56,827 bases of DNA from positions 1,329,396 to 1,386,222 of the forward strand of contig NW_018408109.1 of the NCBI RefSeq assembly GCF_002113885.1, written 5' to 3'. Every line of letters starts with the position of its first letter. Positions within the stretch are counted from its first letter, which is position 1. The DNA is from Mizuhopecten yessoensis (lineage: Eukaryota). This document shows positions 38,184-49,200 of the stretch, in pieces. Below the pieces are notes generated by a model, which did not search any database, was not told the DNA's origin, and saw nothing but the letters and a program-made list of their open reading frames with translations. Made by a program: the position numbers and the translations under genes.

Positions 38184-39167
38184 TCAGCACAACTCCATGG
38201 TTGGGACTCGAATGTATGACTTAAACACCTGTGATTCCCATCTACCCAGTTTTTTTATTTCATCATCAGACATACCAACTGCAGAAGCCCTAGTAGCAGC
38301 GCCTATTCTAAAAGAGTGTGATTTATAACGCTCTGTAGATACTCCAGCTGTATTCAGAGATTTTTTTAACATTGCATTAAATTGATATTTTGTTACCGGT
38401 AATCCACCAAAATGACAAAAAAATGGACCTGGTTTACTTGGCCTGACTGCCAGGAATTGTTTTACCAACAAAACTGGGCATATTGGGGGCTTGGCTACTG
38501 GCAAACATACTGTCACACCTTTACTTAACTGATCGGTCTTGGAACTAGACAATGACAATTGAACACTTGATGCAGATAACACAACATTATTAATACACAG
38601 TGTATGGGAGGTAACTCCCAGCTTATCAACTACTAATTCCCCAACTCTGAAAAACCCAAAAAATGCGACAGAAAAAAGTGTAGAATACAATATTTGTTCA
38701 TACTTTGAACAACAAACCACGTGAAGGGCCTGGAGAAGCTTCACCAACAATTCAGGAGTAACAGGCAACCTGACATCTACCCGTTTTGACAACCTTTGCA
38801 TTCCTGCTAACATTTTTCTGATGATAAAATTTTGTGTATTATCCTCTTGGCCTAACAATTTACACTTAAAAGCTATACCCGACAGATAGGATTTTGCTGT
38901 GCTGGGAGCATAATTGCCGACAGACAGATATGATATAAACTTGATAATATCTTGCAATGGTGGAGGCCAGGATGTGGCGAGATGATACTGTGAACGGAAA
39001 GCCTCGAATACATTTATACTTGCAACATATGCTTTAGTAGTATTCTCAGAAATAGAAGCTGAAATCAATTTCGTAGTTTCAGCTTGGAGATCAACATTTG
39101 GAATGCTACTGGGATTGCTGCCGGCTCTGGATCTGCCATTGGTGCTAGTTGCCGGAACCGAGCCCAC
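38184..39167 (-). CDS. Tyrosine recombinase of the DIRS/Ngaro type
   Basis: FFGFFRVGEL (R), SKTDQ (K), HSFRIGAAT (HxxR), LGRW.S (W) and YIR (catalytic Y); 327 codons without stops; track start is GTG. Confidence 0.93.
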   Translation of the reverse strand: MGSVPATSTNGRSRAGSNPSSIPNVDLQAETTKLISASISENTTKAYVASINVFEAFRSQYHLATSWPPPLQDIIKFISYLSVGNYAPSTAKSYLSGIAFKCKLLGQEDNTQNFIIRKMLAGMQRLSKRVDVRLPVTPELLVKLLQALHVVCCSKYEQILYSTLFSVAFFGFFRVGELVVDKLGVTSHTLCINNVVLSASSVQLSLSSSKTDQLSKGVTVCLPVAKPPICPVLLVKQFLAVRPSKPGPFFCHFGGLPVTKYQFNAMLKKSLNTAGVSTERYKSHSFRIGAATRASAVGMSDDEIKKLGRWESQVFKSYIRVPTMELC

Positions 39168-39290
39168 TGTAGACGAGATATAGAATCTACTACACTGTTA
39201 TGAATACCCCGAATATGGACAGCCTTAAATTGTATATTACCAAACATGGCATGTAACACAAGTGGACGGACTAACTGCATGACCCTTTTC
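39065..39290 (-). pseudogene. C-terminal fragment of DIRS-type RT/RNase H ORF overlapping the recombinase
   Basis: KRVMQLVRPLVL...FKAVHIRGIHNSVVDSISRLQW (HIxGxxNxxADxLSR-like motif); similarity ends at about 39290. Confidence 0.85.
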
Positions 39291-39873
39291 AAAAATAGCG
39301 AAAATTTAGATACAAAAACTTAAAATTTGTTTTGACAAAATATGATTATGCTTACCATGGATTCTGAGATAGCAAGAGGAAGTTATAGGGGAGATAACTC
39401 TAACATGAATATGCTCCGCTAGGCTTAGGTAACAACCAACCAATAAATAAAACCTAATTTGTGCTTAGATAAATCAATTTATTTTTTTACATTAAATTTT
39501 ATTAATTTTGTGTTGACATATTACAGGGGTGTAGAGAGCAAACGTGAGCGTAACCCCTGGTTACCGATGATGCTATCACTGCAAAAAAAAGAAGACAACA
39601 ACAACTAGCCTATAGGCATACTATGATTGCAACAAAATACCGGGTAACATATTTGAACTGACACTAAAAGCAAGCTTGGTGAGAGGGTGACTAACATCGG
39701 TAAAGACCGATCGGGTTTAACGTACATGTGTGTGTGTGGGATATATTCCAGGGCCCTCAACTATTATCACTGATATACAAGTGTGACGCGTACGCTTTAG
39801 TATACTGGTATATTTTAACCCCGCGCCCAGAAGTAGGTCTGAAACACACTTTTATCCACAAGTGACATTAAGA

Positions 39874-42800
39874 ATGTTGGATTACAACATCAGACCAGCT
39901 GTAGATAAGGATTGTGAGGAAATAACTCGACTGAGACAGGTAAGACAAAATACACACGTGTTCACCTCAACGTGTTTGTGTGCACAGGGTGATGACACAA
40001 AAACATGACCTGGAGTTTTTAGTACCGGAACAATTCGCTTAAAGAAGTTGTTGCTTTCTTGAATAAAATATAATTTCATATCAACTGTTTTATATATGTT
40101 TGAAAACAAAATCACATATAGGACCAGGGATGTCCACTACACCTCCCTGATAGGACACATAGGTTCATTAATATTTCCCCCATCTTATATTAAGCGTGGT
40201 CTCTTCCCTATGGCTATGCCCGATATGATACGCGGTGTTGTCTATCTGAAGCTATTTGAATGAATACAGAATTCACTGCGAGTACATTCAATGTTCAGCT
40301 GTGTTATCGATGTTAAAAATGTGTTAAAAGACAATACCAATACTATAACCGATCCTAAGTCTCAGAACCGAAATACACATCAAGGAAATCGAAAAATATA
40401 GAAGATAAATTATGTATAAAAATAACAAAATATGGTATACAAATGCATATCGCTTCTTTCAGGAGTTAGCAGATTACAGCAATGTATTAGAGAAAATGGG
40501 AATGACAGCTGAAAGTATGTATTACTATTTTTGTTTTGTTTTTAATCAAATTGTAACTGATCAATAAATAATCCATATATCGGTATATTTGAGGTTTGTG
40601 TTGTGTCATAGTAGATTTTTGTTGACACCTCCTCAAAGCACCCAGACACCAAACGGTGTCGGAGAATGCCACGTTTTAATATAGTAGTGTGCTCTGGCCC
40701 CACACTAGACTTTTATCTATCAAAATGTCTAAGTCCGGTGTTAGGGCCAGAGGAATCTCGGGCTAGAGCAGTATATGCTTACCAGCATCCTCAATACTCC
40801 AGGGGTTACTCTCATTTACGCTCTCTGTACCCCTGGAATATGTCATAGCAACATCGAAGGCTTGTTGATGAACCAAGAAGACTATTTCGATCCTTTGATG
40901 TACATCAAAAGAATCTCGCGGTCGCGTAACGGTAAAAATTGGCTGACTTTGAAGTCGTGTGTCGCCGCTTTGTAATCTTCAAAGGACAGGTATCAGCCTA
41001 GCGATTGGTCCGGTTTGTTTTACCTGAGACCGATCTCCAGGGTTGCAGAGAGCGTACGTGAGCGTAGCCGCTGGATATTGAGGATGAATTACCAGGACAA
41101 CAATACACGAATTGTGATATTATCAGTAGTTTACTCATAGAACAGACACATCAGCATATAATGTGGTCATATATTTTTCAACTGTTTTTTTGTGACAAGT
41201 CTTTAAGCTGTTAACACTTTTTACAGAGCTGAGAAGAGATGGTTTCGGCGAGCAGAAATGTTTCGAATGTTTTGTTGTTGAGGATACTACAACAAAAAGT
41301 AAGTTTGGTTTAGAATTTTGAAAAAGTGTATGGCTTCCGACAGAAATTATAATGTTGTAACTGACTTATGATTTTTAAAATAATCGATATTGTAAATCTC
41401 AGTTAAAACATCAATAGAAATAATATTATTGAAATGTGTATTGAAAATAACCGTTTTTGTCCATCAAGTTTTGTTGCATACCCTTTATATCTCCTGACTT
41501 TAAGAAGTAAAACCCCAACAAAATAAACTGTCACCTCATTTTGTTGATAGCTATTTGAATCAAATACTGTAGAAGGAAATGCTAGTGTCATCTTGAATAT
41601 TTTAAACATTTTGTATAATCGCTATCACAAGAGAGTTGTTATTTAAGGAACATAATTTATTTTTTCAACATTTATGAGGTCATGACAACATTGTGTTCTT
41701 GACAAATTCCATTTATCGCGTTACATGATGTTCATAATGGGCGGCATCGCGGCGGACGGTGAACAGAGCTACATGTGCAGTACTAGTACATCATGTGATA
41801 AGGTCGAATATGTTATGTAAAAATAACTCATTTTCGTCCATGGGTCTAAACATACAGAATGTAAATATATACAAACAAATTCATCTTTCTCAGTTGTTAT
41901 TAAAGATATAATACTTTAAAAAAAAACACATTTTTTTTTTACTATTTCTGTTACAATTAACTTTAAGGATATACTAATTTGATATTGTTATCGCTAAGAA
42001 TATACCTTTTTGTTTGTGATTTATCTAAAAGATTTGTGTTTGTAACAATTCACAGTAAAAAGTATACCATTTTGTGAAAATGTTAATGTTTGACAAATGT
42101 TCGTAGCAAGGTTGGTTTGCATTGTATGTACTTACGTGAATTAATAAAAACATGAAAACAACAACAATTACATCAACAAAAACAAACAACAAATCACAAA
42201 TAAACGTTTATATGTTTTAGGAAATAATATACACGTGTGATGGGAATAGGACTCAAAAGAATAGTGTGGAGATTATCTGCTTTGTCTTACAATGTAAACT
42301 AGGAAATAATGGCGTGTAAACAAGTATTAACGACTGCAATCTTGATATTGTTACCGCATTGTTTCAATTAAACACTCCCATTCCTCTCTCGGAACACGTA
42401 CGTTCAATTTTCGTATACTTGTCCATGATATGGGTGTGCATAGACCATATCCCGGACCTGCCAATAATCGCCCGGCGCTTGCCATAGCCATTGCACTTCC
42501 GGTTAACACTTTTTCTGAAATATCACGTGTCAGATACAGGACAAGTGAAACAAGCTGAATATGCGTATTCATCTGTATTTGTAATGTTGTTCATTGTGTT
42601 TTATTTCTAAGGTAGAATTTGATTACATTGCCGAAGAAATTTAGATTTGGTGTATGTTTTATGTGTTGCTGCTGATGATGTTGATGCTACAGCGCAGTAT
42701 ATGATAAAACGGTTATCATATTACTATGTCCATATCCTACTCGGTATCAGTCCCCGACCGATTCTAGCCCTCGGGCCACTAAGCATGTATCCTCTTTCTA

Positions 42801-43901
42801 CTGTGAGAGTTCAATTATAATTATGATAACAACCTCAATATTAATACTGGTGATGATTGTTACAGCTGCAGATGGCAGGGCTTTCCTGTGGGGATACGCC
42901 CTGTATTTCTACACCTACTCTACATGGGTTGGGCGTGTCTTATTCCTGGAGGACTTGTACGTGTCAGCGGTCTACAGAGGGCGTGGCATCGGGTCCAAAC
43001 TTTTTCAAACAGTAGCAAAGGTAAAACTGTGACGGTATTGCCCCTATCGAGCACTCCTAAAATGTACTAGTGTGTGTATTCGAACGCGCATTTACTTTGT
43101 TTACGTGTATTACGTCTACCAGACATCCATAAAAAGTGACCTTTTTTTCATGTTTAGTTTCCTTAAACCGGCTTTTCAAGAATTTAATGTGATATTATGT
43201 CATTTGACCTTTATGAAACTATTTGTCACTAACTGGAATTACCGAAGCTTACTGTGTTTGTATTCCGTCCAAACGTTTGCTGTCCTTCGATCAGTTCCAA
43301 AATGTTGTCTGGGTCAGGTTTGGTACACCTTGGCATCACTTACTGTTGTCTCATATTAGAGTGTAAACAAAATATAACATGGAATTTTAATTTTGTTCAT
43401 TAACGTGTGGGGGACTATGAAATGCATAAAATGTATGGGGTAAACTTCCCAACCACGTGGGGTTTATCCAGGTACTCCGGTGTCCTCCCGCATTAAGACC
43501 CCTGCGCGTAACATCCGGGCCAACATGAGTGATTAATATACAAGTTAATTAATATAACTTTTTTCATAATTGTGGTAAGACATAAATAAAGTTTATATAT
43601 AAATGTAGATATTTTGAACGATGTTGGGTCTTGGAAGCATAATCTATGTACTCTGATTACGTGCAAATACGTTTTTTCACATATTGCTTAAGCACTAATG
43701 ATATCTAACTCTATCTGTGTCTGTTTGAATTAGGCAGGTATAACGCAGGGGTGTGAAAGGATGAAGTGGGAGGCCTATAGCTGGAACAAACCATCTATAG
43801 ACTTCTATAAGAACCGAGGAGCTTGTGACGTCACTGCGTCAGAGAACTTGAATGTGTTTCAGATGAATCGACAAGAGTTGGAACACTTATCTAAGTCATA
43901 A
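39874..43901 (+). CDS. SAT2: SAT1/SAT2-like acetyltransferase, copy 2, 170 aa
   Basis: Exons 39874-39939, 40463-40514, 41227-41298, 42866-43020, 43734-43901; same phases as copy 1; YSTWVG, FLEDLY, YRGRGIG, WNKPSIDFYK; open reading. Confidence 0.93.
40786..41086. mobile_element. Empty 301-bp MITE with about 50-bp TIRs and degenerate 9-bp TSD (SAT copy 2 intron 2)
   Basis: CATCCTCAATACTCCAGGGGTTAC... / ...GTAGCCGCTGGATATTGAGGATG; flanks GCTTACCAG / AATTACCAG. Confidence 0.88.
43425..43595 (+). mobile_element. 5'-truncated V-domain SINE
   Basis: CACGTGGGGTTTATCCAGGTACTCCGGTGTCCTCCC...GGGCCAACATGAGTGATT...AATAAAGTTTA matches the 17675 and 29405 copies. Confidence 0.8.
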
Positions 43902-44050
43902 CGATCTGGTTGTCATGATGTCGACAGCATTAGTAAGCGTTTTAACTAAGACATACTGGTCGGGAAAACAATGCATAAAATCTACTTCCGAGATGATTAT
44001 CCTATTTGTGTTTTCATTCTGCATATGTTCAGAATATTCTGTATGTGTAT

Positions 44051-44382
44051 TAGGGATGCAGCGATACATGCGACGATACATCGTTATATTTTGAATACGG
44101 TACGATACGCAATTTATTTTGGAGGTTACGATACACCTCCGATATTTTCCGGATTGTGTCGTTTCTGAATTTAGTCTACTGATATCAGTTCCATGGCGAG
44201 TGACAGCTCCAGCTCGGCATACTCTTCGAAAGACGTGAGATGTGTGAAACTTTAAAAGTAATACCCATTTTTGACAAAGTCTATTTCTACTGTTGCTTTA
44301 TGTATCGTGATACGTATCGTATCGTGACCACAGTATTATGAAACGTATCGTATCGTCTTGTTAATGTATGGTTGCAGCCCTA
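44051..44382. mobile_element. hAT-like MITE
   Basis: TAGGGATGCAGCGATACAT ... ATGTATGGTTGCAGCCCTA termini with subterminal CGATAC/GTATCG repeats; no clear TSD. Confidence 0.7.
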
Positions 44383-44689
44383 ATTAAAACGACATTAAGA
44401 AATTTAAACTATGAAGTCACATGACGCTTACAGACTTGCTTAAAACTGATTAAAATAAGCGCATGGCACATGTACGCACATCTTCGAACAATCTGCAGCT
44501 TCATTTGTGTAACGATTCGAATAATTGCATGGTTCACCTGTCGAGACCTTTGAGTCCCTAGGGACTCTTGTCAGTATCTCTTCATTGAACTTCAATAAAC
44601 TATTCCCCCCTACAACACCTGCGTTGTCCTTCCTTAAAAGACTTTTTACAAAGTAGTCGACTAACATAATCTATCAAAAGCAGTACGAA

Positions 44690-45415
44690 GTTCCTGTGTC
44701 TCTTGGTCGATTGCAAGAGACACTAACGTATGTATATTAATTGAAAACAAATAGCCCGTCTCATTTCTCAGTTGAGAAGACGTCCGTCACAGTTTTGACC
44801 ATCTACTCTGAAGTATTGGTTCCGAAAGAATGGAAGGGACCTTATGTAGCCCTTCGTACTTTGGTATACAATAGTCAGAGTTGACTAACTCCGAGCAGGT
44901 ATGTTTCCGCGTATATATATATTGCGTCACACATATGTACGTGAGATAACTTATCTGATTGAGTGAATGAGTGAGTGGGTTGTGTTCATGCTAAGTACAT
45001 GTTATTCCCTGCACGAACAGTCCACTTATCATTCGAACACCAGCTTTCGAACCATCACTGTTCATCGTGCATTCCCTGGTAAGTAAGTGTGAATGCAGAA
45101 ACATGTATACTTTTATTTAAATATTAAATGTAATTCGTACCATTGAATCAGTCATTGTGTGCGATTTATGTAACGTTTGTCAGTGTTCCTGTCGTGTATT
45201 ATGTATTTGTTTGCTTAGGTTACACTCAAAAGAACCTTAACGGTGTTCCCGAGCCTCTGGGTCCTTTGCAAGAGACTTCAACGTGTATATATGAGATGAA
45301 AACAACTAACCCGTCTCTAGATAGGGTACGGTGACACTTAATTTGAGAAGACGTCCGTCACAGTTATGACGATCTTCTCTGAAGTATTGGTTCCGAAATT
45401 ATGGTGGAGACCTTA
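44690..45415 (+). repeat. Pair of diverged direct repeats of about 160 bp
   Basis: TTGAGAAGACGTCCGTCACAGTT.TGAC.ATCT.CTCTGAAGTATTGGTTCCGAAA occurs within 44690-44845 and 45246-45415. Confidence 0.85.
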
Positions 45416-46266
45416 CAAGAACCTATTGGTTGGCCGATACGAGCCGTATCTTACAGGGGGATACACAGGGGCACTGCGGGCATGTATTCCATCAAATAAG
45501 GCACCATAAAGGATACCACGCATGCAAAAGCGGAAACCGAAGAAACAAGTGATCCAAGCTCAAGCAGTAATGAGAAGGCCCAGATCCTAAGTCAATGTCG
45601 CCATCGAAGATAAATGGCTCCAATCTCCACAAAAACGAAAAACGTTTGAAATGCGTCAATATGACGAAAACTGACGTAGGCAAATCAGATGCAAAACTCC
45701 TAAGCAAGTGAAATGAGGCTGCATTTCATTGCCGTTTCGTCCAATTAAAACTCATTGAATGTAATGGTCAATACAAATGAATGTCTAAAATTTGTTGAAT
45801 CTTATGTAGGATTACACCTTTTATAACGTTGCTGAATTACACATTTTGGATATAATACAATTTATTTTTAACTCATATTATAAACAAACCGTGCGAAATC
45901 AAAATCCAGCTGCATGGTTAAGCCTCGAGGACTGACCGTCCACCAGCACCTGAAAGCCCGTATTTATCTACATGTTAAGTAAATCGATGCAGATATCCGT
46001 GAAATAATTCAGCACCATATGGCGATGAAATAAAATCATAATATTCAGAGGCAAAATTACAAAATAAATTAAAATAAATAACTAAATAAATAAAAAACAA
46101 ATAATTATTCATGAATAATTGTGATATACAGGTGTTATCGCTAAAACAACTCAGAGGGCCTTATATATCAATATAGGGTGAACTTCATGTTATCTGTAGG
46201 GCATGACCTATTCAATCAACTATAGGATAGTGCAGTGAATAGGTTCATCAACAATCGACATTTAGA

Positions 46267-49200
46267 ATGACGGATTACAAAATCAGACCGGCTGTAGAGG
46301 ATGACGTTGAGGAGATACTTCGGCTAATACAAGTAAGTTTGTAAAACTCATTATACCTCATTATACCTCATGTGTATTATTCACGTCTGTATACGGTAAA
46401 TGTAATAGCCCAAACAAATAGCACCTGCTATCACAGGAACGTAACAAATATTGACCTTTATGTGTACGTCACTTTAAGTATAACGTTATATAAATGGAAG
46501 AAACTGGATATTTTTGTAGTGCTTGCAAGTGCAATATTACGTCATATTATATACATATTATCAGTTAGAATTAACAATTACTGAAATTTATTTTAAAACA
46601 AAACAGCAAAATAAATCGCTGAGGAATACAATTTTAATTGTTGATAAATGATGAATGAGTGAGAGAAAAAACTGTCAATTTGCGTGGAAAATTACATAAC
46701 GTAAATCGTTATATCTTTTCCTGTAGGAGTTTACGGAATATCTTCACGTCAAGATACCGGAACAACTAGAGACGATATCTGAAAGTAAGCTTACTATTTC
46801 TTTTGTGACGATAATTAAATTGTTTCTTATAACAAAAGAGGCATAACAAGTTTTATAAAGAGTAGCATGTCTGTACCACGAACATCTAAATTTCATGTGG
46901 GATTCATAGGTAAAACAAAAACGCGTCCAAAATTGCTGTCAACAAATGACGCTATGAAGTAACTGCGTGGTGTCTATCTTATCCAAAAAACGTCATTACG
47001 CGAATCTTGCACTGTGTTTTTTTGTACATACAGTAACCACATCCCTTTACTTTCTATGGGGATATAACTGCAGCACAGATAGGCCAAAACGTATCCGTTA
47101 ACCAGGTAGCTCAGTCGGTTAGAGAAATAGTACACATGTATTAGTGACAGCATAACAATGTGAAGTCTAGATTTCGAATACCGGTCTAGTCCCAGTGTCT
47201 GTTTCCCCACTTATCCCACTGTTGAAGATCATATTTTGTTTAAATCATCTTTAGTGTTTTTCCATACAAGTCCCGTAATGTATGGTTTCCCTATAACAAA
47301 TGATGTATTTAAGCTATGGTCATGCCTATGGTCAACAGTTTCCAATGTGTATTTGCAGTTTTTGACAGAGGTACCGGGGATACTTAAGTATGCAAAATAA
47401 TTACTAACCAATTCTATGTCCTGTATCCGCTACATCTGTATGAACATTTACGGTTGACCCCCTTCCTTGTAGGACTGAGACGGGACGGTTTCGGCGAGCA
47501 GAAATGTTTCGAATACCTTGTTGTGGAGGATACGACTGCAAAAAGTAAGTTTTGTTTCCATCTTTGAAAGATTTGTGTCTAACAATAGTGATGTTAATGT
47601 TGTAATAGACATATGTGGTGATATATAATGCACTGATTTGATTGTAAATATATGTATATATATATATCAGAATCAATAGGAAACAATTTTAGTATAGTTT
47701 AACTTTGTTTAATCACATCCTATAAGTAATACACAATACAAACATGGTTGAACATAATATTATAATGAATCGGAGACAGAAACAAGTGTTGATACAATTC
47801 TTTAAATCTGTTACCTTTCATGGTAACCAACACAAAAATCTAACTATAGATTTAGTGATCCGAATAGGATCAATTTACAGGGACAGTCGGAAGAGAGTGA
47901 GGAAATGCAGTGTAAAATATGATACATGTACACAATATAATGCATTCAGAAATTCGGTACAATGTGGGCAAGACAAAACCTAATGTTGCGTCATCGTTAG
48001 TTTAACTTAAAATTGAACTGTGTTTAATATTCAATTTCAATAAAAGAATATAAATGTTTATATATAAGATCGCTTCATAGACAAGCTACAATATAATTGT
48101 AATAGGACGAGGAATAGTGATAAAGACAGTGCCATCTCTGGGGCTCGAACCCGCGACTCTTGGCTCTCCAGCCCGATGCTCTACCGCTGAGCTAAATAGA
48201 AATTCCCGACAGCTGACGCTTGTAAGCCAACCTAATCAATGCACAACGTTTACATAATTCTGTTTAAAAATCACTGAAACTCATTGGAAATCCTTTTGGA
48301 TATGTGTAATGGAATTGACTTATTTTGACTGTCATCATACATTTTTTCTATTTGTTTTTACTAGTTTCTAAGGAGTGTGAAACTGCCACAGCATAAACTG
48401 ACAACTCCTCACTGGTTATCATGCCTTATGTGAGGTCCTAGAGAAAATATCATTTAAATTAGGGGTGCTTATAGAACAACAAAGTGTACCATCGCTATCA
48501 CTGACATACTACGTACAAAATACTGTTTCCCGGGAAACTTTCGCCTAGCCAGACTTTCGCCCTTTGCTCATGAAAACAATTTTCGCCGAAGTGTTAATTT
48601 CGCCCTTCGAATTTGATAAGTATGTTTATTGTGCTGTTTACTTATTTTCGTTGTCATGACATATTCGCCCTCATATAGGAGGGCGGAAAAAAGCGAAAAT
48701 TAAACTGATTTTAAAAAAGCAAAAGATTTCCGGTATACAGTAATGCATATAAAATATCATTTAGAATATGTTGTACCAATCGCCGAAAAGAATTACGTAT
48801 TTTGTTAATGTTGTAACTAAAATACACAACTGTGTTAAAACCATAACAAACACTATCATCTTGTGTTGTCAATAATGACTAATATAGCATTTTACACTAG
48901 ATATCAATAAAACATTTTTTTGTATCAATTCACACTGAAACCGTAGGAATGTATACAATTTTGGCATTACTTTTATTCGAAAAACATGCTCGGTTCCTGA
49001 TGGGATGTTGTATATTTTTCATGTATTGTCAATAATGAATAATATAGCATTTTACACTAGATATCAATAAAACAATTTTTTGTATCAACTCACATTGAAA
49101 GCGTAATATTTTTCCTACAAATACGATTTCAGTTTTAGTTAAGTATCACAAAAATATACCTATTTGTAACAGTTTTCTCTATATTATTTAGTTTACTATA

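Larger units (their letters stand above)
36781..39290 (-). mobile_element. 5'-truncated Ngaro/DIRS-group tyrosine-recombinase retrotransposon
   Basis: Order on the minus strand: RNase H C-terminus overlapping a YR ORF, then an SGNH hydrolase ORF and 3' UTR; gag and RT absent. Confidence 0.88.
36455..39572. mobile_element. TIR DNA element with 9-bp TSD, interrupted by a 2.7-kb insert carrying Ngaro-like ORFs
   Basis: Left TIR CATCCTCGATATCCAGGGGTTACGCCCAC..., right TIR ...GTGAGCGTAACCCCTGGTTACCGATGATG; flanks TTATCACTG / CTATCACTG; 36550-36718 is the reverse complement of the interior of the empty copy at 40786-41086. Confidence 0.85.

Noticed and set aside
38184-39167. Prophage or bacterial integrase (contamination or HGT)
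   Set aside because: Overlap with a DIRS-type RNase H tail and a downstream SGNH ORF identifies a eukaryotic YR retroelement.
48129-48200. Functional tRNA gene
   Set aside because: A and B boxes are present but acceptor and anticodon stems do not pair properly. Similar decayed heads occur at about 5225, 15345, 17420, 31605, 33895 and 47100.
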